A stretch of DNA of 10,277 nucleotides from a virus. The position numbers and the translations under genes are program-made. The stretch lies in UHGV virus genome UHGV-0252651; one strand, written 5' to 3'. The notes under the pieces were generated by a model that saw only the letters and a list, made by a program, of their open reading frames with translations, searched no databases and had not been told where the DNA came from. Below, piece after piece: positions 1 through 9,072 of the stretch. Within the stretch, counting starts at the first letter, position 1. Each line of letters starts with the position of its first letter.

Positions 1-1226
<1,226 letters not shown>

Positions 1227-1227
<1 letters not shown>

Positions 1228-1466
1228 TGGAAGGTTTAATTGAAGCTATTAAATCAAACGACCTCGTAGCCGCTCGTAAATTATTTGCTGAAGCCATGGC
1301 TGCAAGAACGACTGATTTAATTAAAGAAGAAAAAATCGCTATCGCTCGTAATTTCTTAATCGAAGGTGAAGAACCTGATGACGAGGATGATGACGAAGAC
1401 GAAGATAGTGATGATAAAGACGACAAAAAAGACAAAGACTCTGACGAAGACGAGGATGATGAATAA
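1227..1466 (+). CDS. 67: Prohead core protein gp67 (79 aa) with a strongly acidic D/E-rich C-terminal tail
   Basis: ORF of 79 aa in the T4 position between 20 and 68. Start overlaps the gene 20 stop (TAATG). C-terminus is [32 protein letters not shown]. Identity from synteny and recalled T4 gene order. Confidence 0.85.
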
Positions 1467-1891
1467 TGCTTCTGATCCCTGAAACTCATGAATTAGTTCT
1501 CGAGAATGTCGAAGCACTTATTCCTGAAGCACAGGGTCGCTTTGACGAATTGTCTTCTGCTTTAAATAAAGACGATATAAATACAATTGTCGAGAATATG
1601 CTTGATGATGAAACTGATTTAGCGGTTGCATTAGCTTCTATTAATGAAGATATGCCGCTAAATGAATTCATCGTTAAACATGTTTCTGCTCGTGGTGAAA
1701 TTACACGTACCAAAGACCGCAAAACGCGTGAACGTAATGCATTTCAAACCACCGGGCTGTCTAAAGCAAAACGTAGACAAATTGCTCGCAAAGCTACCAA
1801 AACGAAGATTGCCAATCCAGCAGGTCAATCTCGTGCTCAGCGTAAGCGTAAAAAAGCTCTTAAACGCCGTAAAGCATTAGGATTAAGCTAA
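1466..1891 (+). CDS. 68: Prohead core protein gp68 (141 aa), basic Lys/Arg-rich C-terminus
   Basis: ORF coupled by TAATG overlaps at both ends (1464-1468 and 1889-1893). Size and position match T4 gene 68. Confidence 0.85.
   Translation: MLLIPETHELVLENVEALIPEAQGRFDELSSALNKDDINTIVENMLDDETDLAVALASINEDMPLNEFIVKHVSARGEITRTKDRKTRERNAFQTTGLSKAKRRQIARKATKTKIANPAGQSRAQRKRKKALKRRKALGLS
1576..1583 (+). promoter_or_regulatory. Possible internal late promoter motif within gene 68
   Basis: Exact TATAAATA (GATATAAATACAATT) inside gene 68, about 300 bp upstream of gene 21. May be a chance occurrence in AT-rich DNA. Confidence 0.2.
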
Positions 1892-2529
1892 TGAATGAAC
1901 CCCAATTACTAATTGAAACTTGGGGTCAACCTGGCGAAATTATTGATGGCGTGCCAATGCTTGAATCTCATGATGGAAAAGACCTAGGTTTAAAACCCGG
2001 TTTATACATCGAAGGAATATTCATGCAAGCGGAAGTCGTCAATAGAAATAAACGTCTTTATCCAAAACGCATATTAGAAAAAGCGGTAAAAGACTATATC
2101 AATGAGCAAGTTTTAACTAAACAAGCTCTCGGAGAATTAAATCATCCTCCACGCGCTAATGTTGACCCGATGCAAGCCGCTATCATTATAGAAGATATGT
2201 GGTGGAAAGGAAATGACGTATACGGACGAGCTCGTGTTATTGAAGGTGACCATGGTCCTGGAGATAAATTAGCAGCTAATATTCGTGCCGGATGGATTCC
2301 AGGAGTTTCTTCTCGTGGATTAGGTTCATTGACTGACACAAATAAAGGTTATCGTATCGTAAACGAAGGATTCAAATTAACTGTAGGTGTTGATGCAGTA
2401 TGGGGTCCAAGTGCTCCAGATGCATGGGTAACTCCTAAGGAAATTACCGAATCACAGACGGCGGAAGCCGATACAAGTGCCGATGACGCCTATATGGCTC
2501 TCGCAGAGGCCATGAAAAAAGCGTTATAA
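1891..2529 (+). CDS. 21: Prohead core scaffold protein and protease gp21 (212 aa)
   Basis: 212-aa ORF directly upstream of the scaffold and major capsid genes. Length and position match T4 gp21. AGGA Shine-Dalgarno lies in the end of gene 68. Confidence 0.9.
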   Translation: MNEPQLLIETWGQPGEIIDGVPMLESHDGKDLGLKPGLYIEGIFMQAEVVNRNKRLYPKRILEKAVKDYINEQVLTKQALGELNHPPRANVDPMQAAIIIEDMWWKGNDVYGRARVIEGDHGPGDKLAANIRAGWIPGVSSRGLGSLTDTNKGYRIVNEGFKLTVGVDAVWGPSAPDAWVTPKEITESQTAEADTSADDAYMALAEAMKKAL

Positions 2530-2532
2530 ATA
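2525..2532 (+). promoter_or_regulatory. T4-type late promoter TATAAATA for gene 22
   Basis: Exact TATAAATA overlapping the gene 21 stop, 28 bp upstream of the gene 22 ATG. Confidence 0.6.
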
Positions 2533-2559
2533 TTATTATCTAAACAACAGGACTACAAA

Positions 2560-3369
2560 ATGCTTAAAGAACAACTGATTGCTGAAGCGCAAAAAATTGA
2601 TGCTTCCGTTGCTCTTGATAGTATTTTCGAATCAGTTAATATTTCTCCGGAAGCAAAAGAAACTTTCGGCACTGTATTCGAAGCTACCGTCAAGCAGCAC
2701 GCCGTTAAATTAGCTGAATCTCATATCGCTAAAATTGCTGAAAAAGCAGAAGAAGAAGTAGAAAAAAATAAAGAAGAAGCCGAAGAAAAAGCTGAGAAGA
2801 AAATCGCTGAGCAAGCTTCTAAATTCATCGACCATCTTGCGAAAGAATGGCTCGCTGAAAATAAATTAGCAGTTGATAAAGGCATCAAAGCCGAACTGTT
2901 TGAATCCATGCTTGGTGGATTAAAAGAGCTCTTTGTTGAACACAACGTTGTTGTTCCAGAAGAATCAGTTGATGTTGTAGCTGAAATGGAAGAAGAGCTG
3001 CAAGAACATAAAGAAGAATCAGCTCGTCTGTTCGAAGAACTCAATAAGCGTGACGCATATATCAATTATGTGCAGCGTGAAGTGGCATTGAGCGAAAGTA
3101 CTAAAGATCTGACTGAGTCTCAAAAAGAAAAAGTCTCTGCTCTGGTCGAAGGTATGGATTATTCAGATGCATTCTCAAGTAAATTGAGTGCCATCGTAGA
3201 AATGGTGAAGAAGTCTAATAAAGATGAAAGCACTATTACTGAGGGTATAAATACTCCTGATACTGAAGCAGCCGGACTGAATTTCGTCACTGAAGCTGTA
3301 GAAGATAAAGCTGCACCTGGTGCAGAAGATATTGTAAGTGTATATGCGAAAGTCGCATCTCGTTTCTAA
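2560..3369 (+). CDS. 22: Prohead scaffolding core protein gp22 (269 aa), acidic Glu/Lys-rich
   Basis: 269-aa ORF with an EEEVEKNKEEAEEKAEKK charged segment, located between 21 and 23 as in T4. AGGA RBS upstream; a TATAAATA motif sits 28 bp upstream of the ATG. Confidence 0.9.
   Translation: MLKEQLIAEAQKIDASVALDSIFESVNISPEAKETFGTVFEATVKQHAVKLAESHIAKIAEKAEEEVEKNKEEAEEKAEKKIAEQASKFIDHLAKEWLAENKLAVDKGIKAELFESMLGGLKELFVEHNVVVPEESVDVVAEMEEELQEHKEESARLFEELNKRDAYINYVQREVALSESTKDLTESQKEKVSALVEGMDYSDAFSSKLSAIVEMVKKSNKDESTITEGINTPDTEAAGLNFVTEAVEDKAAPGAEDIVSVYAKVASRF
3246..3253 (+). promoter_or_regulatory. Candidate late promoter TATAAATA inside the 3' end of gene 22, upstream of gene 23
   Basis: Exact TATAAATA (context GGGTATAAATACTCC) about 135 bp upstream of the gene 23 ATG. 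No motif is closer to 23. Confidence 0.5.
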
Positions 3370-3387
3370 TTTTAAAGGTTAACACAA

Positions 3388-4953
3388 ATGACTATCAAAA
3401 CTAAAGCTGAACTTTTGAACAAATGGAAGCCATTACTGGAAGGTGAAGGTTTACCGGAAATTGCTAATAGCAAACAAGCGATTATCGCTAAAATCTTTGA
3501 AAACCAGGAAAAAGATTTCCAGACAGCTCCAGAGTACAAAGACGAAAAAATCGCTCAGGCGTTCGGTTCTTTCTTAACAGAAGCTGAAATCGGTGGTGAC
3601 CACGGTTACAACGCTACTAACATTGCTGCTGGTCAGACTTCTGGCGCAGTAACTCAGATTGGCCCAGCTGTTATGGGTATGGTACGTCGTGCTATTCCTA
3701 ACCTGATTGCTTTCGATATTTGTGGTGTTCAGCCGATGAACAGCCCGACTGGTCAGGTATTCGCACTGCGCGCAGTATATGGTAAAGACCCAATCGCTGC
3801 TGATGCTAAAGAAGCATTCCACCCAATGTATGGTCCAGATGCAATGTTCTCTGGTCAGGGTGCTGCTAAGAAATTCCCAGCTCTGGCTGCTAGCACACAA
3901 ACCAAAGTAGGTGATATCTATACTCACTTCTTCCAGGAAACTGGTACTGTATATCTGCAAGCTTCTGCTCAAGTAACAATTAGTTCTACTGCAGATGATG
4001 CAGCTAAATTAGATGCTGAAATTAAGAAACAAATGGAAGCTGGCGCATTGGTAGAAATCGCTGAAGGTATGGCTACTTCTATCGCTGAACTTCAGGAAGG
4101 TTTCAACGGTTCTACCGATAACCCATGGAATGAAATGGGCTTCCGTATCGATAAACAAGTTATCGAAGCTAAATCTCGTCAGCTGAAAGCTGCTTACTCT
4201 ATCGAATTAGCACAAGACCTCCGCGCTGTTCACGGTATGGATGCTGATGCTGAACTGTCTGGTATTCTGGCTACCGAAATCATGTTGGAAATCAACCGTG
4301 AAGTTGTTGATTGGATTAACTACTCAGCTCAGGTTGGTAAATCTGGTATGACCCTGACTCCGGGTTCTAAAGCTGGTGTATTTGACTTCCAGGATCCGAT
4401 TGATATTCGTGGTGCTCGCTGGGCGGGTGAATCCTTTAAAGCTCTGTTGTTCCAGATTGACAAAGAAGCAGTTGAAATTGCTCGTCAGACCGGTCGTGGT
4501 GAAGGTAACTTCATTATCGCTTCCCGTAACGTAGTTAACGTTCTGGCTTCAGTTGATACTGGCATTTCTTATGCTGCACAGGGTCTGGCTACCGGCTTTA
4601 ACACTGATACTACCAAGTCAGTATTTGCTGGTGTTCTGGGTGGTAAATACCGTGTATATATCGACCAGTATGCTAAACAGGATTATTTCACTGTAGGTTA
4701 TAAAGGTCCGAACGAAATGGATGCTGGTATTTACTACGCTCCATATGTAGCTCTGACTCCGCTGCGTGGTTCCGATCCGAAGAACTTCCAACCGGTAATG
4801 GGATTCAAAACTCGTTACGGTATCGGTATCAACCCATTTGCAGAATCCGCTGCTCAGGCTCCGGCTTCTCGCATCCAGAGCGGTATGCCTTCTATTCTGA
4901 ATAGCCTTGGTAAAAACGCTTACTTCCGCCGTGTATATGTTAAAGGTATCTAA
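3388..4953 (+). CDS. 23: Major capsid protein gp23 precursor (521 aa)
   Basis: 521-aa ORF whose translation (MTIKTKAELLNKWKPLLEGEGLPEIANSKQAII...RRVYVKGI) matches my recollection of T4 gp23. Codon usage is noticeably more E. coli-like than neighbouring genes; followed by a strong hairpin terminator. Confidence 0.97.
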   Translation: MTIKTKAELLNKWKPLLEGEGLPEIANSKQAIIAKIFENQEKDFQTAPEYKDEKIAQAFGSFLTEAEIGGDHGYNATNIAAGQTSGAVTQIGPAVMGMVRRAIPNLIAFDICGVQPMNSPTGQVFALRAVYGKDPIAADAKEAFHPMYGPDAMFSGQGAAKKFPALAASTQTKVGDIYTHFFQETGTVYLQASAQVTISSTADDAAKLDAEIKKQMEAGALVEIAEGMATSIAELQEGFNGSTDNPWNEMGFRIDKQVIEAKSRQLKAAYSIELAQDLRAVHGMDADAELSGILATEIMLEINREVVDWINYSAQVGKSGMTLTPGSKAGVFDFQDPIDIRGARWAGESFKALLFQIDKEAVEIARQTGRGEGNFIIASRNVVNVLASVDTGISYAAQGLATGFNTDTTKSVFAGVLGGKYRVYIDQYAKQDYFTVGYKGPNEMDAGIYYAPYVALTPLRGSDPKNFQPVMGFKTRYGIGINPFAESAAQAPASRIQSGMPSILNSLGKNAYFRRVYVKGI

Positions 4954-4966
4954 TCTTTGACGATTT

Positions 4967-4997
4967 AAGGGACCTTCGGGTCCCTTTAGTTGTTTTT
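4967..4997 (+). terminator. Intrinsic terminator after gene 23: 8-bp stem with UUCG tetraloop and T-tract
   Basis: AAGGGACC-TTCG-GGTCCCTT at 4967-4986, a perfect inverted repeat, followed by TAGTTGTTTTT. Confidence 0.85.
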
Positions 4998-5001
4998 ATG
5001 G

Positions 5002-5009
5002 TATAAATA
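5002..5009 (+). promoter_or_regulatory. T4-type late promoter TATAAATA for gene 24
   Basis: Exact TATAAATA just after the gene 23 terminator T-tract and 27 bp upstream of the gene 24 ATG. Confidence 0.65.
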
Positions 5010-5036
5010 AATCATATAAACCAAAAGGAAAGCGCA

Positions 5037-6320
5037 ATGGCTAAAATCAACGAACTTCTGCGCGAATCAACCACAACGAATAGCAACTCAATCGGTCGCC
5101 CAAATCTCGTTGCTTTGACTCGCGCTACCACTAAATTAATATATTCTGACATTGTAGCAACGCAAAGAACTAATCAACCTGTTGCTGCTTTTTATGGTAT
5201 CAAATACCTTAACCCAGATAACGAATTTACATTTAAAACTGGTGCTACTTACGCCGGCGAAGCTGGGTATGTAGACCGAGAACAAATCACAGAATTAACA
5301 GAAGAGTCTAAATTAACTCTCAATAAAGGCGATTTATTCAAATATAATAATATCGTTTATAAAGTATTAGAAGATACACCATTTGCTGATATTGAAGAAA
5401 GCGATTTAGAATTAGCTCTTCAGATTGCAATTGTTCTTTTAAAGGTTCGTCTATTTTCTGATGCTGCAGTAACAAGCAAATTTGAAAGCTCTGATAGTGA
5501 AATTGCGGATGCTAGATTCCAGATTAATAAATGGCAAACCGCAGTTAAATCTCGTAAACTTAAAACTGGCATCACAGTCGAATTAGCACAAGATTTAGAA
5601 GCAAATGGATTCGATGCTCCTAATTTCTTGGAAGATTTGCTTGCAACTGAAATGGCGGATGAAATCAATAAAGATATTCTACAGTCTTTGATTACAGTAT
5701 CAAAACGCTATAAAGTTACAGGAATTACTGATACTGGATTCATTGATTTGAGTTATGCATCTGCACCTGAAGCTGGTCGTTCATTATACCGAATGGTGTG
5801 TGAAATGGTTTCACATATTCAGAAAGAATCAACTTATACAGCAACGTTCTGTGTTGCTTCAGCTCGTGCCGCTGCGATTCTTGCTGCATCAGGTTGGTTA
5901 AAACATAAACCAGAAGATGACAAATATCTTTCACAAAATGCCTACGGGTTCTTAGCTAATGGTTTACCGCTTTATTGCGATACCAACAGTCCATTAGATT
6001 ATGTAATCGTTGGCGTAGTAGAAAATATTGGTGAAAAAGAAATTGTTGGATCAATTTTCTATGCTCCGTATACAGAAGGTCTTGACTTAGATGACCCTGA
6101 ACATGTAGGTGCATTTAAAGTTGTAGTTGATCCAGAAAGTTTGCAGCCATCTATCGGTTTATTAGTTAGATATGCTTTATCTGCAAATCCTTACACTGTA
6201 GCAAAAGATGAAAAAGAAGCAAGAGTAATTGATGGTGGAGACATGGATAAAATGGCGGGTCGTTCAGATTTGTCTGTTTTATTAGGTGTTAAGTTACCAA
6301 AAATTATCATTGATGAATAA
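5037..6320 (+). CDS. 24: Capsid vertex protein gp24 (427 aa), paralogue of gp23
   Basis: 427-aa ORF with AAGGA RBS and TATAAATA 27 bp upstream. Shares the AQDL motif context with gp23 (compare ELAQDLRAV in gp23 and ELAQDLEAN here). Position matches T4 gene 24. Confidence 0.94.
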   Translation: MAKINELLRESTTTNSNSIGRPNLVALTRATTKLIYSDIVATQRTNQPVAAFYGIKYLNPDNEFTFKTGATYAGEAGYVDREQITELTEESKLTLNKGDLFKYNNIVYKVLEDTPFADIEESDLELALQIAIVLLKVRLFSDAAVTSKFESSDSEIADARFQINKWQTAVKSRKLKTGITVELAQDLEANGFDAPNFLEDLLATEMADEINKDILQSLITVSKRYKVTGITDTGFIDLSYASAPEAGRSLYRMVCEMVSHIQKESTYTATFCVASARAAAILAASGWLKHKPEDDKYLSQNAYGFLANGLPLYCDTNSPLDYVIVGVVENIGEKEIVGSIFYAPYTEGLDLDDPEHVGAFKVVVDPESLQPSIGLLVRYALSANPYTVAKDEKEARVIDGGDMDKMAGRSDLSVLLGVKLPKIIIDE

Positions 6321-6323
6321 AAC

Positions 6324-6350
6324 AAAGGGACCGAAAGGTCCCTTTTTATT
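6324..6350. terminator. Bidirectional intrinsic terminator between convergent genes 24 (+) and rnlB (-): stem with GAAA tetraloop
   Basis: AGGGACC-GAAA-GGTCCCT at 6326-6343 followed by TTTTT on the + strand and flanked by an A-run upstream (a T-run on the - strand). It lies in the 29-bp gap between the two stop codons. Confidence 0.85.
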
Positions 6351-7354
6351 TAACTTACCAATTCAATCCAAGCCGGACGAAGTACATCTTGTACCATTTT
6401 AACTAATTCCTTCTTAATCAAAGAAGGATTATCCGCTTGAGTTAGAGTAATACCTTCACGAGAAGTTTCTTCCAAAATATCTTGAACCGTTAGTCCCATC
6501 ACCTTTCCAAAATCTTTTGGACCGATTTCGCCAATTTTAGAAATAACGTTATTTACTCGGTTCAGTGTAACGTAACAAGCTAAAATTCCAACCAATTTGT
6601 TATCAGCTTCTGACAGTTCAACTTTAGCTTTAATAGGCTTATCAGACTTTTTCTTTTCACTAAATTTAGAGTTCTTGCATTTGATAGCTACGCGATTGCC
6701 ATTAGGCATCCAAGAAGGATAACAAGGTTTCAATACATATCCTTCAGCGGTAAATACTTCGCCTTTTACTTCAGCATTCCAAACGCATTTATTCGCATCA
6801 ACTAATCCAGCATGGTCTACTGTAAAATTATAATCTTGGACGACAGAATCTAAATCATTTGGCAATTTAATAAGCTCTTCAAATTTACCGCGACCTAAAA
6901 GTGGAGCCATTTTAAATTTAAATGTATTACAGAATGATTCCATCATATAATCATCGACATAAGTCACATCACCACTTTCTGTAGTAACAATAATGTCAAA
7001 TACATAAAAATCTTTATCGCCATAATCGACATTCTTCTGAATGCCAGGTCCGGCAAATTCACCGAAGACTTGATAAGATACAACCGCTGAAGTTTCCATA
7101 ATATCTTGTACTGCTTTAATGGAATCAGCGTAATTCTTCAAAATAATTTCATACCCAAAGAAATCTTCAGCAGGAAGAATAGGACCAGTTCGTTTAGCAC
7201 AAGTTACTTTATCACGCTCAATAATCAATGAGAAATTTGTGCCATGAATCTTTTCACGAGCTACCCATTCGCCACCAGTCAATCCTAAACTATAAAGTTT
7301 TTCAATGAATTTAGAATTGTAATGATTTTCAAGACTGCTATACTTTTTAAACAT
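6350..7354 (-). CDS. rnlB: RNA ligase 2 (Rnl2, 334 aa), nucleotidyltransferase superfamily
   Basis: 334-aa ORF on the - strand with the adenylyltransferase motif I KIHGTN (lysine at residue 35). Translation matches recalled T4 Rnl2. GAGGA RBS upstream. Confidence 0.94.
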   Translation of the reverse strand: MFKKYSSLENHYNSKFIEKLYSLGLTGGEWVAREKIHGTNFSLIIERDKVTCAKRTGPILPAEDFFGYEIILKNYADSIKAVQDIMETSAVVSYQVFGEFAGPGIQKNVDYGDKDFYVFDIIVTTESGDVTYVDDYMMESFCNTFKFKMAPLLGRGKFEELIKLPNDLDSVVQDYNFTVDHAGLVDANKCVWNAEVKGEVFTAEGYVLKPCYPSWMPNGNRVAIKCKNSKFSEKKKSDKPIKAKVELSEADNKLVGILACYVTLNRVNNVISKIGEIGPKDFGKVMGLTVQDILEETSREGITLTQADNPSLIKKELVKMVQDVLRPAWIELVS

Positions 7355-7363
7355 AATTAATCC

Positions 7364-7642
7364 TCAAAATGTAATTTCTAACCAATCACCATCACGCTGA
7401 TCACTATTGACTTTAAAGCTAAATCCTTCTTTTCTCAGCCAATCACCAATTTCTTCAGTAATCAATTTATCGCGAGCAGTACAATAATAACTAAAATATG
7501 TTTTACCTTGTTCAGCTGCTTTATTAGCAAGTTCCGAAAAATCTTTAATAAAACACTCTAACTTAAACTGTTTACTTTTAAGTGCTTTTTCACGTAATTG
7601 ATTAGCAAAAGATTCATTTTCATAAAGATCATACTGTTCCAT
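7364..7642 (-). CDS. 24.2: Hypothetical protein 24.2 (92 aa)
   Basis: Small ORF packed between 24.3 and rnlB on the same strand, with AAGGTG RBS and only a few bp to its neighbours. No recognisable motif. Name assigned from T4 synteny. Confidence 0.7.
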   Translation of the reverse strand: MEQYDLYENESFANQLREKALKSKQFKLECFIKDFSELANKAAEQGKTYFSYYCTARDKLITEEIGDWLRKEGFSFKVNSDQRDGDWLEITF

Positions 7643-7645
7643 TTT

Positions 7646-7843
7646 TCACCTTTTATTAATATGTCTTTTTCTATAGACAACTTTTTCTCGAGTTTCAAAT
7701 TTATTCTTAGCAGTCATAGCTCGAGCCCATAATACAGCCACTTCTTTCGCCTGTAAGTTTAATTCACGAGCAATTTCAATGAATGACTTTCCAGACTCAT
7801 GAAGAGTAAACACCACAACCTCAGTTCGCATAATCAATCTCAT
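7646..7843 (-). CDS. 24.3: Hypothetical protein 24.3 (65 aa), predicted helix-turn-helix DNA-binding protein
   Basis: Small ORF first in the 24.3-24.2-rnlB unit. The segment HESGKSFIEIARELNLQAKEVAVLW has the pattern of an HTH (compare the N-terminal HTH of IS3-family OrfA proteins). Name from synteny. Confidence 0.65.
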   Translation of the reverse strand: MRLIMRTEVVVFTLHESGKSFIEIARELNLQAKEVAVLWARAMTAKNKFETREKVVYRKRHINKR

Positions 7844-7900
7844 GTTATCGAGTTGATGCCATTATATACATCATTTTCTGAGTGTGTTTTGTGTGCTTTC

Positions 7901-7927
7901 AAAATGAAGAAAGGGGCCAAAGCCCCT
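7901..7927 (-). terminator. Hairpin downstream of hoc on the - strand, separating hoc from the 24.3-24.2-rnlB unit
   Basis: AGGGGC-CAAA-GCCCCT at 7912-7927, a perfect 6-bp GC-rich stem. On the - strand it is followed by TTCTTCATTTT. Confidence 0.65.
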
Positions 7928-7932
7928 TATGA

Positions 7933-9063
7933 TTATGGATAGGTATAGATGATACCAGTTTCTAAAGCAGTTTTATGAATGATGTATCCATTACGTGACT
8001 CTTGAACATCAACTTCTGGATAGTCTTTCATCATCTTCTGAAGAGTGTAACGATGCAGGTAGTATTTGCTATCTGGATCTTCAGTTTTCCAATCTTTACC
8101 TTCTTCGGTCATTTTTTGGATTTCATCCATAACCCACCAACCGCACCAGATATAAGCTGAAGTACGATGTGGAAGAGGATGAACATAAGGCAATTCACCT
8201 TCTGGTTCCGGAGCAACTTTATCAGTTACCTGAACTTGGCCTGTTGCTTTAACTGTTTTACTATCATAGTCGGTTGCTGTAACGACAGCAGTAACTTCAA
8301 TAGTTTGACTTCCAATAGATGAGGTGTCAACGGTGTATACGTTAGTTGACCCTTCTACAGGAGAAGAATCTTTCTTCCATGAATAAGTAATTTGTGCTGC
8401 TTCAGGTGCTCCAGTAACATTAGCCGTAAATGTAGCCGAAGCATCTTGCTGAACGTTAATAGAAGGAGGAGTCAATGTAACCTGTGGATTCATTGTCTTC
8501 TTATTAACTGTCAATGATACTTCATTAGAAGTAACTTCCTTTTCATTGTAATTTTCAGCCGTTACTTGGGCTACACACTTAATTTTTTTAACTCCGCTTG
8601 TGTCAGGAGTGTAATTGAATGTAGCGTCAGTTGCTTCGTCTACAGGAGAACCGTCAACGTGCCATTGATACGTAGCGTTTGCACCTGATGGCTGTGAAGC
8701 TAAGGCAGCGGTAAATTCAATTGGAGTTCCAATCACTCCAGCATCAGGGCTACCAGGAGTTACAGCTAAAGTAGTTGTTTGTGTCTTATTTTGAACTGTG
8801 ATAGTTGTCGTAGTTTCTGCTGTTTCAGGTTCAGATTCTGCAACTTGATTGGTTGCAACTACTTTAATAGTCTTTTGACCGGCAGGTCCTTTTAGTACAT
8901 AACTAAAAGTTGCTGACGTTTCTTCCTGTGGAGCGTCGTCTACAGTCCAAGCATATGTAATAGGTCCATCTCCAGTTTGACCACTGGGTGTAGCAGTAAA
9001 CTGCTGAGTCTGATCTATAACTCCAGTAGGTGTTTTAGGAGTTATATCAACTGTAAAAGTCAT
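7933..9063 (-). CDS. hoc: Highly immunogenic outer capsid protein Hoc (376 aa), tandem Ig-like domains
   Basis: 376-aa ORF rich in Thr/Ser/Val with a recurring Ig-like repeat signature (ITYAWTVDDAP / ATYQWHVDGSPV / ITYSWKKDSSPV) and a distinct C-terminal region (YVHPLPHRTSAYIWCGWW...). AAGGA RBS; tetraloop terminator downstream. Confidence 0.9.
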   Translation of the reverse strand: MTFTVDITPKTPTGVIDQTQQFTATPSGQTGDGPITYAWTVDDAPQEETSATFSYVLKGPAGQKTIKVVATNQVAESEPETAETTTTITVQNKTQTTTLAVTPGSPDAGVIGTPIEFTAALASQPSGANATYQWHVDGSPVDEATDATFNYTPDTSGVKKIKCVAQVTAENYNEKEVTSNEVSLTVNKKTMNPQVTLTPPSINVQQDASATFTANVTGAPEAAQITYSWKKDSSPVEGSTNVYTVDTSSIGSQTIEVTAVVTATDYDSKTVKATGQVQVTDKVAPEPEGELPYVHPLPHRTSAYIWCGWWVMDEIQKMTEEGKDWKTEDPDSKYYLHRYTLQKMMKDYPEVDVQESRNGYIIHKTALETGIIYTYP

Positions 9064-9072
9064 AAGTTATCC

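Noticed and set aside
1662-1880. 72-aa + strand ORF in an alternative frame inside gene 68
   Set aside because: It overlaps gene 68 entirely in another frame and has no RBS. Its basic composition comes from frame-shifting AAA/AAG-rich codons.
2142-5934. Antisense ORFs inside genes 21, 22, 23 and 24 (2142-2339, 2721-3065, 3574-3972, 5420-5668, 5740-5934)
   Set aside because: All sit opposite well-supported capsid genes with low-complexity translations; there is no independent support.
7892-7901. TGCTTTCA, resembling a MotA box (TGCTTtA) upstream of the 24.3 unit
   Set aside because: It is on the + strand, the wrong orientation for the - strand 24.3-24.2-rnlB unit, and has an extra base relative to the consensus. 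The real promoter remains unidentified.
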